From: a virus
Lineage: Duplodnaviria > Caudoviricetes
DNA length: 53,322 nt
Virus record (IMG/VR): IMGVR_UViG_3300047187_000003
Location: 1 to 53,322 of that record
Reading direction: 5' to 3' (one strand)
A program made the translations under genes and the position numbers. Under the pieces are notes generated by a model that was not told the origin of the DNA, made no database searches, and saw only the letters and a list, made by a program, of their open reading frames with translations. How positions within the stretch are numbered: position 1 is the stretch's first letter; each line of letters opens with the position of its first letter. Shown one piece after another: positions 9,998 to 19,452 of the stretch.

Positions 9998-10791
9998 TGG
10001 CAACAGATTATACAACAGCATGCGGAGATGTAGCTTTGAGCTTTATCCAGATGTTAGCTTCGTCTATCGTAGGTTATCACGATATTGCGGGTGTTTTACA
10101 TTACAGGATTAACGGCTTGGAGGTTTCTGCTAACTGTACGGGTTTAAGTGATTTTCTCGAATGTGACGTATCACATATAGACCCAGAGAGACAGTTGGTT
10201 GAGAATACTTTTGCCCTTGATGATTGCGGTCGTCTGGCGTGGAAGGTATTTAGTAATACTGATAACGATTGGACTGATTATTCAGAGTGCGGTGAAATAC
10301 CACAGTCATTTATAAGAATGCTTTATCGTTGTATTGTTGAGTATTCCAATGCTTATAAGATAAATGCTGTCATAGATACAGGGGCTTGTACATCAATTAA
10401 GCCAGTATTTAGCTGCTCGCCTTATTCACTTACGGATGAAGTAGCAGAAACGGCTTTAATGAATGCTTTTGCAGTAGATGATTGCGATAGACTTTTAATC
10501 AAGTTTTTCGCCAATTCGAGTACAATGACCGATTATCATACCGAATGTAATGATTTGCCTCAGTCTCTTTATCAGTTACTTGCAAGATGTCTTGTAACAT
10601 ATAGCGGTCATGTTTATATAAATACTGCTACTGTTACAGGATATTGTGATGATTTGCATGATTTCTGGACTTGTGCCAATAATCATATCGACCCTGAAAG
10701 GGCTTTGGTAGAGAATGTTTTTGCCACTGATTCATGTGGTAATCTGGCTCTGAAGATTTTTAATAACGCAGGTGATTCAAGAGAACAATGA
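9997..10791 (+). CDS. Cys-rich protein of three roughly 85-aa repeats, probably virion-associated
   Basis: TDY..C...SF..ML...C...C...FA.D.C..L..K.F.N occurs three times. Confidence 0.7.
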   Translation: MATDYTTACGDVALSFIQMLASSIVGYHDIAGVLHYRINGLEVSANCTGLSDFLECDVSHIDPERQLVENTFALDDCGRLAWKVFSNTDNDWTDYSECGEIPQSFIRMLYRCIVEYSNAYKINAVIDTGACTSIKPVFSCSPYSLTDEVAETALMNAFAVDDCDRLLIKFFANSSTMTDYHTECNDLPQSLYQLLARCLVTYSGHVYINTATVTGYCDDLHDFWTCANNHIDPERALVENVFATDSCGNLALKIFNNAGDSREQ

Positions 10792-11165
10792 GCGCAATAC
10801 TAAATACTCCATTTAATAAACCGGAATGTGGCGATTTGTTCAATTTAGGACAGATCACTATGTTAAAAGATGTTCTCGGTGGTTTGATTAATTTTCAAGC
10901 CGTAGGCACTGATCCCGATCATTCTGGGCCGATCACGCTGGCAGGTAATGATTATGTTCCTGCTGCGGGTCATGTAAATCCTGATGGTACGTTTTTTATC
11001 ATCCCTGAGACCGATGCTGCTACTTATATTGTTGAGATGGCTGATGGCACTCAGTTTACTATCACGGGTGCGCAGTCAACGGCTTATCTTGGTCAACCGA
11101 TACCGTATCGTCTTTTAAGGGTTATTGCGGCTGGTACGACTGGATCGTTTTCAGTAGTTTATTAA
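10788..11165 (+). CDS. Hypothetical virion protein
   Basis: Coupled ORF in structural block; ends RVIAAGTTGS. Confidence 0.55.
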   Translation: MSAILNTPFNKPECGDLFNLGQITMLKDVLGGLINFQAVGTDPDHSGPITLAGNDYVPAAGHVNPDGTFFIIPETDAATYIVEMADGTQFTITGAQSTAYLGQPIPYRLLRVIAAGTTGSFSVVY

Positions 11166-11175
11166 GTTATGAAAC

Positions 11176-11227
11176 AGGTCAAATTTCAACGGATATTCCT
11201 GTCACGTTGGTTTGACCTTTTATTTTG
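11176..11227 (+). terminator. Putative intrinsic terminator
   Basis: AGGTCAAA/TTTGACCT and CAACG/CGTTG stems followed by TTTATTTT. Confidence 0.5.
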
Positions 11228-11343
11228 ATGATATGCAAATAGCAATCGGAAATAGAATAGGAAACATACCGATATAACTAAAAAGATTATCGGAGAGAAA
11301 GCAAGCAGATACATATTAATAAACGATTAAAAACAGCGTAATC

Positions 11344-12564
11344 ATGCCGGGCATATTTATAGGTAATAGTGTAATTAAAGCAAAATCAAATAACTGGGCT
11401 TCGTACTGGGCGACACATTATTTAACAGGACTTGCAGTTACAACAACTTCTGATACTACACAAACCATAACTGCAACTATTAATGGTATAGGTGCAGACG
11501 GTGTTTCATGGGAATATTCAACTGATTTAATTAATTGGACTGTTAAGGGGACTTCTATTTTGGGTTCATTCCCTGCAACTGGATTAACAGGGAGTACATT
11601 ATATTTTTGGCGAGCAAGACTATATAAAGGGAGTAATTTTGGTGATTATTCAAACATTGATTTAAACGTAACCGAAGCAACTCAAATCAGACATCAGACA
11701 GGGGGAGTTAATGATGTTGTGGCATGGTATGATTCACAAGATTTAACTACAATAACAAAGGATGTAAATGATTTTATATCACGTCGAAATGATAAACTTG
11801 GTAGCGGACATGACCTAATTCAGGCAGATGGGGCAAAGCAATTCCATTGGAGTGCCGATGGTACTTTGGCTGATGGGATTAATGATTTTATGAAAACTGC
11901 TGGTTTTACGTTTGGACAACCAGAATTTATATTCATGGTTATCAAACAAAAAACATTTCATAATAATTGTTATTTATTTGACGGAAATGCAGCAGATTCA
12001 GGAATAATATATCAACATTCCATATCTCCAATAATTACTCCTTATGTAGGCGTGGATTTAGGTAATTCATATGATTTAATAATTGATAAAATAGGAATTA
12101 TAAGATTGCTGTTTAATGGTGCTTCAAGTAAATTAATTATAAATGACAATACACCCGTAACAGGCAGTGTAGGTGCTGGAGACATGGGAGGGTTTACGCT
12201 TGGTTCAAATGGATCGGGAACTAATTATTTTGCAAATATTGAAGATTCTGAGATAATATTAAATAGGATATCTCTTAACTCTGGTGATGAAACGGCAATT
12301 TATAATTATCTAAAATCAAAATACTCATTACAAAAGAAAATAATAACATTCAATAATACAGGCAATGAGGCACTGACCGATTATATGGCTGAAATAAATT
12401 TAACAGTTGCTCCTTTTGCAACCTTATTTTATTTTTTAGCCGGGAGTACATTACTTGATTATTATATTGATTCTTTCGATTTAAGGACAGGGGCAGTTAA
12501 GATATTTGTTAAGATTAGTATTCCTGCTGATAGTATTAAAATAGTTAATCTTTATATCAGTTAA
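11344..12564 (+). CDS. Tail fibre/receptor-binding protein (FN3-like, LamG-like, DUF2341-like C-terminus)
   Basis: TGLTGSTLYFWRAR FN3 motif; AWYDSQD...IYNYLKSKY LamG-like domain; N.G..LTDY...LDYYI...KIFVKI segment. Confidence 0.55.
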   Translation: MPGIFIGNSVIKAKSNNWASYWATHYLTGLAVTTTSDTTQTITATINGIGADGVSWEYSTDLINWTVKGTSILGSFPATGLTGSTLYFWRARLYKGSNFGDYSNIDLNVTEATQIRHQTGGVNDVVAWYDSQDLTTITKDVNDFISRRNDKLGSGHDLIQADGAKQFHWSADGTLADGINDFMKTAGFTFGQPEFIFMVIKQKTFHNNCYLFDGNAADSGIIYQHSISPIITPYVGVDLGNSYDLIIDKIGIIRLLFNGASSKLIINDNTPVTGSVGAGDMGGFTLGSNGSGTNYFANIEDSEIILNRISLNSGDETAIYNYLKSKYSLQKKIITFNNTGNEALTDYMAEINLTVAPFATLFYFLAGSTLLDYYIDSFDLRTGAVKIFVKISIPADSIKIVNLYIS

Positions 12565-12565
12565 T

Positions 12566-14110
12566 ATGGCAAGCAAGACATTTTCTGAAATAATGACAAG
12601 AAGGATTCCTCTTTCAATTACGAAGAGTCTTTATAAAATGGATTCGATACATGATAATCAGGGCGTGGGGGCAGATTTGACTTTGGTTAATGCAACGGTG
12701 GGTAGTTCTATATTTGGCACTGCCTTAAATTGTAATGGAACAAATGCCTATGCAACACTTATAGGAGATTTTCCTTGTCTTTCGACTTATGATATGTGCA
12801 CTTTGAGTTTTAATTTTGCACTTAAATACAATCAACGCAAATCTGCTGGAATACATTGTATCTTCTCAAAATATATAGATGCGACACATTTTATAAAGAT
12901 AGGATTCGCTAATGATGGGACTCTTATAATTTCAGGGGATGATCCTGCATCATTCTTTGTTGTGATCACTAAAGATTATTTGATGAATGAAATTCATTCA
13001 GTAACAATTAGAATGAATAAATGTGTTACAATAATTAAGATTGATAATGTAGAGGCATTTTCCGGGTTGGCAATGACAGGTAATGGGGGGCAGCCGTTTA
13101 CTTTTGGTGCATATAACGATGGCACTCCTGTTGAATTTATCAATGCTTATTTCTGGGATATTGAATTTATAGAGGGTTATTATACTTTAGGAAGTGAATT
13201 TGCCCGTAATAAATGTATAACTCAAAAACATGATACACAGATTGCTAAGTGGGATTACTTATGTGATGTTCCTTCTGGTGCATTTGATGCAAAAGAGAGT
13301 GGAGAGCCGGGGATTCTTCCAGTGGGTAATAATTTGTATTTGTATATAAGTGCAGACGGAAGAGTAGCGTCTCCAAATGTAGGAAGAAGGATAAGTACTG
13401 ATAGTGGCGTTACTTGGTCAGTACCAGAAACTTGCGTTATACCAGGAGCAAACGCAAACACTTATAGAGGATTTGAATTTCAGGATGCAGGAAAGATTTA
13501 TATTATTTGGCAGAAAAACGGTTCTCCTGAAAGACTTTATATTTCAGAAAGCACAGATGGTCTTAATTTTACAAATAGTCAAATATGGCAAGATATTCCT
13601 ACGGGATTTTCTTCGATTGAAAACTCATGTGTTTATTGGGATTCCGCAACAAGCAAGTGGTATGGAATAATTGACGGAATGAATACAGGAGCATCTGATT
13701 GGAGAATGGTTGCTCTATCAGGCAATACCCTATTTACTATGACAAAGATGTATGATATTACAAGCACAAATGCAGGGTATATTGATGGTGGTTCTTTTCT
13801 TCAAAAGATAAATGAAGTTTGGTATATGTGGGTTCAGACTAACCAATTCATATTTTGTTATAAAAATACAGACATAACAAGTGATACGTGGGTGTTGGCA
13901 AATTCAAATCCGATATTTGTATTAAACAGCAAATGGGGACAGGAACAGGCTGCTGATTTTGTCATGTGTGAAAAAGGTGGAAAGTGTTATGGGGTGCATA
14001 ATAGTTGTTCTGATACTTACAGGGCGACAAACGGAAGTGCTGAATCAGTTTTGAAATATGATGGGACGAAAGAACAACTTGTAAGTGATTTGGTAATTAG
14101 TGTTGCGTAA
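12566..14110 (+). CDS. Tail-associated LamG-like plus beta-propeller glycoside hydrolase-like protein
   Basis: GTALNCNGTNAY LamG start; Asp-box-like STDSGVTWS and STDGLNFT. Confidence 0.55.
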   Translation: MASKTFSEIMTRRIPLSITKSLYKMDSIHDNQGVGADLTLVNATVGSSIFGTALNCNGTNAYATLIGDFPCLSTYDMCTLSFNFALKYNQRKSAGIHCIFSKYIDATHFIKIGFANDGTLIISGDDPASFFVVITKDYLMNEIHSVTIRMNKCVTIIKIDNVEAFSGLAMTGNGGQPFTFGAYNDGTPVEFINAYFWDIEFIEGYYTLGSEFARNKCITQKHDTQIAKWDYLCDVPSGAFDAKESGEPGILPVGNNLYLYISADGRVASPNVGRRISTDSGVTWSVPETCVIPGANANTYRGFEFQDAGKIYIIWQKNGSPERLYISESTDGLNFTNSQIWQDIPTGFSSIENSCVYWDSATSKWYGIIDGMNTGASDWRMVALSGNTLFTMTKMYDITSTNAGYIDGGSFLQKINEVWYMWVQTNQFIFCYKNTDITSDTWVLANSNPIFVLNSKWGQEQAADFVMCEKGGKCYGVHNSCSDTYRATNGSAESVLKYDGTKEQLVSDLVISVA

Positions 14111-14321
14111 AAATACTCGGTGGTGTTATGTACACAAAATGATATGATAAGTAATTAAGAATGAGTTTATTCAAAAAACATAGAACTTTCGCAGAATTGA
14201 AAACCCCTGAGTTGGTGTCAATATAAACATTTTGAATGAATATTTTTAGAAAATATAGAACAGTTGAAGATTTGATTCCGGGATATGATAACGATAAAAG
14301 TAAATAAAAAGAAGTTCAAAC

Positions 14322-14597
14322 ATGGAAGAGCATATCTGCGAACATGAAACCGATTTCGGTATTCTATTTACCAAAATTGATTATATGACAAAAGCATTAG
14401 ATAGTCAGGTTATTGCTATGGATGCTTTAAAGATAGCGGTTGATGCAGCGGTCAAGTATCAGATTTCAATGAAGTCTATTCGAGAAAGTGCAGAGAGGGA
14501 AAGAATGCCGCACCTTTATAAAGCATCAATTATAATCTCTGTGATTATCGGATTCTCTGCAATACTAACAGCATTAATAATTGAATTTCATAAATAA
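14322..14597 (+). CDS. Membrane protein of lysis module (holin-like)
   Basis: Coiled N-terminus plus one C-terminal TM helix, directly before the endolysin. Confidence 0.45.
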   Translation: MEEHICEHETDFGILFTKIDYMTKALDSQVIAMDALKIAVDAAVKYQISMKSIRESAERERMPHLYKASIIISVIIGFSAILTALIIEFHK

Positions 14598-15019
14598 TGT
14601 CCCAATTCAGCAATATATCCAAAGAAAGGTTAAAAACGTGCCACAGCGATTTACAGGTGCTTTTTAACAGGGTTATTGAGGAGATAGACATAACTATCGT
14701 TTGTGGTCACAGGAACGAGGAGGAGCAAAATAAAGCCTATCAGCAGGGCAATTCAAAACTTCGATGGTCTGACTCGAAACATAATACCGTTCCGTCCCTG
14801 GCTGTTGATGTTGTTTCCTACGAATCCGGTCATCTGGACTGGGGTGTAACACAATCGGCTTATCTGGCAGGTAGGATTATAGGTATAGCTTCAGAGTTAT
14901 TCAGGGAAGGTAAGATGAAACACAGGATCCGACCCGGAGTAGATTGGGATAACGATAATGATGTTGATGACACTAAGTTTTTTGACGCACCTCATTTTGA
15001 GATAATACCTAATTTATGA
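14597..15019 (+). CDS. Endolysin, M15-family (L-Ala-D-Glu type) peptidase
   Basis: GHR..EEQ, SKHN...SLAVD, DAPHFE zinc-peptidase motifs. Confidence 0.88.
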   Translation: MSQFSNISKERLKTCHSDLQVLFNRVIEEIDITIVCGHRNEEEQNKAYQQGNSKLRWSDSKHNTVPSLAVDVVSYESGHLDWGVTQSAYLAGRIIGIASELFREGKMKHRIRPGVDWDNDNDVDDTKFFDAPHFEIIPNL

Positions 15020-15114
15020 AAAAGTTTCTGCAATTCATAAATGACTGGTGGCACATGATTGCGCTTATTATTTTTCTTGCAGGTTTAATTTATTACTTAT
15101 ATTTTGTATTATGA
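15016..15114 (+). CDS. Small membrane peptide (32 aa), not in ORF track
   Basis: MKKFLQFINDWWHMIALIIFLAGLIYYLYFVL; ATGA overlaps at both ends. Confidence 0.55.
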   Translation: MKKFLQFINDWWHMIALIIFLAGLIYYLYFVL

Positions 15115-15404
15115 AATTCTATTTTGCAGTACTGGCAGGGTGTTTTATCTATATCATGTTACAACTTAACAGCGTATATAATAAGCCCGAATTTAAGTGG
15201 AGTCTCTTTTTTAAGGGTAACTGGATCCCGACAGTCCTTAATCTTGTAATAGGCTTTGTACTTGTTTATATTCGGGAAGATATGATTAAGATTTATCCTA
15301 TCACACTTGTTTCTTCTCTGATGCTTGGTATCTCTGGACAGGCTTTAATTAAGAAACTGAGTAATATTTTTGATTCAACGGTTAATACTATTGTATCGTT
15401 ATGA
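15111..15404 (+). CDS. Putative holin (3 TM)
   Basis: Three hydrophobic segments; start reassigned to ATG 15111 by coupling. Confidence 0.55.
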   Translation: MKFYFAVLAGCFIYIMLQLNSVYNKPEFKWSLFFKGNWIPTVLNLVIGFVLVYIREDMIKIYPITLVSSLMLGISGQALIKKLSNIFDSTVNTIVSL

Positions 15405-15982
15405 CATTTAATAAGGTCAAGACATATCTGATAGGGATATTGTTTTTATTTCTGTTAATCACTATTTTTCAGTTAAACCAGAAACAAAAGCGTTTGCAAT
15501 TTGCGAATAGCGAAAAGCAACGGTACTTCAATAACTGGATAGCCTCACAGAAAGAGGTTGCAAATAACTCTGTACAGGTTTACAGACAGAAAGAAATAAC
15601 AGGGAATTTAAGGCTACAGATTGATAGTTTGGGCAAGATTTTAAAGGTAAAGCCTAAAGAAATAGAGAAAATTGTCGAGAAGACTATCACAATTCGTGAT
15701 ACCATAAGAGTTCCAGTTCCGGTACAACCTAACGGTCAGGATTCATGGCTTATTACCGATGTCGGGAAATGTTTTAAATGGGAGGGCGACGTCTATTTGA
15801 GAGATGACAGCCTGAAAGTCTGGCGATCTTCATTCGATTACCATAATAAAACTACTGATGTTTTCTACCGTAAACGGCCAAAACACTTTCTTTTTATTAA
15901 ATTTGGCCGGTGGCAGAACCTCCACGAGACAAGTTCGGAGTGCGGGGAAGTTATCACAAAAGAATTTAATTTCTTAAAATAA
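15401..15982 (+). CDS. Putative inner-membrane spanin (Rz-like)
   Basis: N-terminal TM anchor plus coiled periplasmic region, last gene of lysis block. Confidence 0.5.
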   Translation: MTFNKVKTYLIGILFLFLLITIFQLNQKQKRLQFANSEKQRYFNNWIASQKEVANNSVQVYRQKEITGNLRLQIDSLGKILKVKPKEIEKIVEKTITIRDTIRVPVPVQPNGQDSWLITDVGKCFKWEGDVYLRDDSLKVWRSSFDYHNKTTDVFYRKRPKHFLFIKFGRWQNLHETSSECGEVITKEFNFLK

Positions 15983-16007
15983 TTTTTTTTATTCCAAATA
16001 TTGTTTT

Positions 16008-16015
16008 TACTTTTG
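16008..16015 (+). promoter_or_regulatory. Bacteroidota -7 promoter element
   Basis: TACTTTTG matches TAnnTTTG in the gap before 16035; no clear -33 element. Confidence 0.45.
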
Positions 16016-16034
16016 CTTCACTAATCCTTTAAAT

Positions 16035-16898
16035 TTGGAAGCAACATTCACTACCAAACAAAGAGACATAAATCTGAAGTCAACGACTGAAAAGATTAAT
16101 CTCTGGTGTTTCGGGGACATCCATCGTTTTACAAAATCCTGCGATGAGGAGAGGTGGAAATGGTTCCTGGAACGAGCAAAGAAAACACATACAGAAAATT
16201 CCTATTATTTTGGGACTGGCGACTACGCTGATTTCGCAAGTTACAGTGAACGTAAACTAATCCAGCAACTTCACGAACAGACAGTAGAAGACCTGGGCGA
16301 AGAAGTTATAAGGAAAAATAGGATATTTGCCCAGGAAATGGCATTTATGAAACCTAATATTCTTGGCCTTATTGAAGGTAATCATAACTGGAAATTCACA
16401 AACGGCAAGACATCAACCGAGGACCTGGCAGAGAGACTAATGACCGAATCGCTCGGTTTTCTTTGTCATTATACCCTGAAGGTAAGATTTATAAACAGGG
16501 GTGTCAAGGCTATGGTTATGATTTACATAATTATTTGTCATGGTAGGGCCGGGGGTAAAACTGCCGGAGCTTCTATAAATCAGGTTGATGATCTAAGAAA
16601 TATATTCCCGCTTGCAGATATTTATGTTTTCGGACACGATCACCAACGATGGGCCAGACCGGTCAGTGTACTCGTACCTTCATCGGATAATGACGGTAGG
16701 ATATTTATCAAGCAAAAGAGGCAGTTTCTTAGTCGTGCAGGATCATTCAAGAAAGCATATACCGAGGGGTTGGATGGTTATGAGGTACGCCGGTTGCTTC
16801 GTCCTGCCGATCTTGGTGCTTTACAGTTTGAGATAGGGTTCCACAGGGAAGTAAAAACTGGCGACAGGATTGTTGTCGATATAAAAGCTATCGTATGA
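16035..16898 (+). CDS. Calcineurin-like metallophosphoesterase
   Basis: GDIH, GD, GNH, H, GHDH motifs in order. Confidence 0.85.
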   Translation: MEATFTTKQRDINLKSTTEKINLWCFGDIHRFTKSCDEERWKWFLERAKKTHTENSYYFGTGDYADFASYSERKLIQQLHEQTVEDLGEEVIRKNRIFAQEMAFMKPNILGLIEGNHNWKFTNGKTSTEDLAERLMTESLGFLCHYTLKVRFINRGVKAMVMIYIIICHGRAGGKTAGASINQVDDLRNIFPLADIYVFGHDHQRWARPVSVLVPSSDNDGRIFIKQKRQFLSRAGSFKKAYTEGLDGYEVRRLLRPADLGALQFEIGFHREVKTGDRIVVDIKAIV

Positions 16899-17092
16899 TT
16901 AAGATAGAAAAACAATACTCATGTGAGTCTATTTTTAGCGAGTCTCAGGATAATACATGGGACAAAAAAAGAGAGAAGATTTACAAAGTTTCCTTATTCG
17001 GGTTGACTATCTTTAAGCGGATTGAGCATCTGGACATTGATTACGAGAATATAATCACCAAAAAACCCGGATTCAGGGCTACCAAAGAGTAA
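16895..17092 (+). CDS. Hypothetical protein
   Basis: ATGA-coupled ORF. Confidence 0.6.
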   Translation: MIKIEKQYSCESIFSESQDNTWDKKREKIYKVSLFGLTIFKRIEHLDIDYENIITKKPGFRATKE

Positions 17093-17438
17093 AAGGGGGT
17101 ATATTATACACAAAAACTGTATTTATGGGGGAAGTAAACCCCAAAGGTCACAAATTGTTACCTTATTTACTCCTATAACGGTAAATATTTCATAAAAGTA
17201 TTGATTTATGATACTAAAGTATCACTTTTACTCTTTAAGCAGTAAATATTCGATTATACCTTACGGTATTATACTTGATCTGATAAAATATTCTTTTATT
17301 TATGATCTATCCACTCGCTTTTTTCGTTGTACGCTTACAGAAACGGCACTGTTTAGCATTCAAATATCAAAGTGGAAGGATATACTAACAACTTACAAGA
17401 GCTTAAAATAACCGCATAAGAATCGAAAATAAGGCCGT

Positions 17439-17472
17439 TGATATATGTCATTTTAAAAATTGATACTTGTCA
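17439..17472. promoter_or_regulatory. Tandem pseudo-palindromic operators TGAT-N4-GTCA
   Basis: TGATATATGTCA (17439-17450) and TGATACTTGTCA (17461-17472), 22 bp apart. Confidence 0.5.
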
Positions 17473-17498
17473 ATTCTGTGAAAATAATATAAAATTGT

Positions 17499-17531
17499 GT
17501 TGTATATATATAAAATATAGTTTTATATTTG
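17499..17531 (+). promoter_or_regulatory. Bacteroidota sigmaA promoter of early operon
   Basis: GTTG (17499-17502), 21-nt spacer, TATATTTG (17524-17531). Confidence 0.7.
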
Positions 17532-17547
17532 CAGAAACAATTTTGAT

Positions 17548-17772
17548 ATGAGAATAAATTTTCAGGAGATAATTACTAATTCTGGGCAACCACTAACGAA
17601 AGCACAACTTGCCCGTGATATGGTTGCAAAGGGAATCTTTAAGAATCAGGTATCAGCGTATAACATGATTCAATTTCACGAGCGGGGTGAAGCTAAGTCA
17701 ATCGACTATGAACTTCTTCAATATCTTATGAAAAGATTTAATTTAACAGCAAGCCAAATAATAAAGCAATGA
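17548..17772 (+). CDS. HTH transcriptional regulator (Cro/XRE-like)
   Basis: 74 aa; LTKAQLAR...ERGEAKSIDYELL; first gene of early operon. Confidence 0.65.
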   Translation: MRINFQEIITNSGQPLTKAQLARDMVAKGIFKNQVSAYNMIQFHERGEAKSIDYELLQYLMKRFNLTASQIIKQ

Positions 17773-17960
17773 CAAATCTATTCGGAATACTTGCAGAGTC
17801 AATGGCAGGGGTTGACTTCCCTGTTTGTCCTATTTGCACTCCTATCGGTGAGAGTCATAACCTCAAAATATGTGTCCGGTGTCAGGAGGATTTGCTCAAT
17901 AAACTCGATGAGGCTATTGACCCGGAAGTAAAACTTGTTAAATGTTACTGTAATAATTAG
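17769..17960 (+). CDS. Small Cys-rich (zinc-binding) protein
   Basis: CPIC...CVRC. Confidence 0.55.
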   Translation: MTNLFGILAESMAGVDFPVCPICTPIGESHNLKICVRCQEDLLNKLDEAIDPEVKLVKCYCNN

Positions 17961-17963
17961 GCT

Positions 17964-18551
17964 ATGAAAACTAACAAACTTGAAAATTTATCAGCTTGTA
18001 GCGATGCTGTCGAATGGATCAAAACACAAAAGAATCCTACTGAAGCATGGCAAAATTGTGAAAGAGGAGATTGGATGTTATGGCTTGCTAAAAAGCTGAA
18101 TGTTGATGACAAAAAGTTGACAATGGCAAAAGCTATGTGTGCAAAACAGGTTGAGCATCTAATGAAAGACCAAAGATCAAAAGATGCTTTACAGGCTTGT
18201 TTTGATTATGTCAATGGTAAGATTACCAGAGAACAATTGAATGCTGCTGATGCTGCTTATGCTGCTGCTTATGCTGCTTATGCTGCTGCTGATGCTGCTG
18301 CTTATGCTGCTGCTTATGCTGCTGCTGATGCTGCTTATGCTGCTGCTGCTGCTGCTGCTGATGCTGCTGCTTATGCTGCTGATGCTGCTGCTGCTGATGC
18401 TGCTTATGCTGCTGCTTATGCTGCTGATGCTGCTGCTGATGCTGCTGCTTATGCTGCTGCTGCCAGAGAGAATTCCCTTCGTAAATCAGCATATATATGT
18501 AGAGAATACCTAACTGATGAAGTTTTGTCTAAATATAAAAAACTGAGATAA
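17964..18551 (+). CDS. Phage protein with Ala/Asp/Tyr low-complexity tract (Imm5-like family)
   Basis: ACS.AVEW...W.NC.RGDWMLW N-terminus followed by (A/D/Y)n. Confidence 0.7.
   Translation: MKTNKLENLSACSDAVEWIKTQKNPTEAWQNCERGDWMLWLAKKLNVDDKKLTMAKAMCAKQVEHLMKDQRSKDALQACFDYVNGKITREQLNAADAAYAAAYAAYAAADAAAYAAAYAAADAAYAAAAAAADAAAYAADAAAADAAYAAAYAADAAADAAAYAAAARENSLRKSAYICREYLTDEVLSKYKKLR
18243..18464 (+). repeat. Degenerate trinucleotide microsatellite of GCT/GAT/TAT codons
   Basis: Directly visible; one final GCC. Confidence 0.95.
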
Positions 18552-18552
18552 T

Positions 18553-18711
18553 ATGGATGAAATTAAAGAAGGCCCGGACGAGTTTTCCCCGGAAGCAATG
18601 ATACCTGACAGTTGGTATCAGCGTGAGATAGACCACTGGACAAAAGTGCATGAGGCTTTTAAAGCAGCTATGCCTCCAGAAGTGATGGACGAAATAAAAC
18701 CAAATAAATAA
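18553..18711 (+). CDS. Small acidic protein (52 aa), not in ORF track
   Basis: MDEIKEGPDEFSPEAMIPDSW...KPNK fills the gap exactly. Confidence 0.6.
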   Translation: MDEIKEGPDEFSPEAMIPDSWYQREIDHWTKVHEAFKAAMPPEVMDEIKPNK

Positions 18712-18715
18712 AACT

Positions 18716-19450
18716 ATGAGTAAATCAAATCCAAAAATTGAAAACCCTTGCAAGAAATTCATCGACTACAAAGGTGACAAGGGGCAGTTCTTTTTTTATG
18801 ATAAAGAATTAGAAGAGCAAATTGAAATTGAAATCCCTATTTATTTTGTTGTACTCGATGAACTTTCAACAATATCCGGGTATAATAAAAAAAATGATTG
18901 TGGCATCTATTCAAATGAAGTACACCGTACCACAGATGAAATATTAAGGGTTAAAACCTTTAAAGGTGGTGAATCTATTACCGGATTTTATAATGACATC
19001 AAAGATGCAGTAAAGGGTATCGGCGGTAAATATACTAAATCTGTTTATGCAATGCTTATTGGTATAGATAAACAACCTGAATTGGTAAATTTTAAATTTA
19101 AAGGTGCTGCATTTTCTGCATGGCTTGAAAAAAAGATGAACCCGGATAATTGTATTATCGGCATTGTTGAATTTACAGAAGAAAGAAATGGTAATACAGT
19201 TTATCAAGTTCCAGTATTTAAATCCTTTAAATTGACTCCTGAATTTAATAACCAAGCTATTGAGATGGATAAGGAACTTCAGGAATATCTTAAAGAATAT
19301 AAAGCACAGCAACCAGAAAAAGAGATTGCCAAAGCTGAAGCTGCTGAAGAAACTATATCAAATGAAAAATGGCAGGGATCAGCAAATAAAGAAGCTATTG
19401 TCAATAAGTCAAAATCTATAACTCAGGAAGAAGATGATCTTCCGTTTTAA
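18716..19450 (+). CDS. Putative ssDNA-binding/annealing protein
   Basis: Acidic SSB-type C-terminal tail EEDDLPF; recombination module. Confidence 0.55.
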   Translation: MSKSNPKIENPCKKFIDYKGDKGQFFFYDKELEEQIEIEIPIYFVVLDELSTISGYNKKNDCGIYSNEVHRTTDEILRVKTFKGGESITGFYNDIKDAVKGIGGKYTKSVYAMLIGIDKQPELVNFKFKGAAFSAWLEKKMNPDNCIIGIVEFTEERNGNTVYQVPVFKSFKLTPEFNNQAIEMDKELQEYLKEYKAQQPEKEIAKAEAAEETISNEKWQGSANKEAIVNKSKSITQEEDDLPF

Positions 19451-19452
19451 TT

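Noticed and set aside
11344-14110. Diversity-generating retroelement acting on tail fibres
   Set aside because: No reverse transcriptase and no template/variable repeat pair seen
14111-14321. tRNA or other RNA gene in intergenic gap
   Set aside because: No T-loop/cloverleaf or strong stem seen by eye; tRNAscan-SE or Infernal would be needed to exclude fully
17208-17411. 67-aa ORF in the late/early intergenic region
   Set aside because: No recognisable motif, not coupled to neighbours, lies in an AT-rich regulatory gap
18223-18513. Poly-Gln/His (- strand) and poly-Leu/Met (+ strand) ORFs
   Set aside because: Shadow frames of the GCT/GAT/TAT microsatellite in gene 17964
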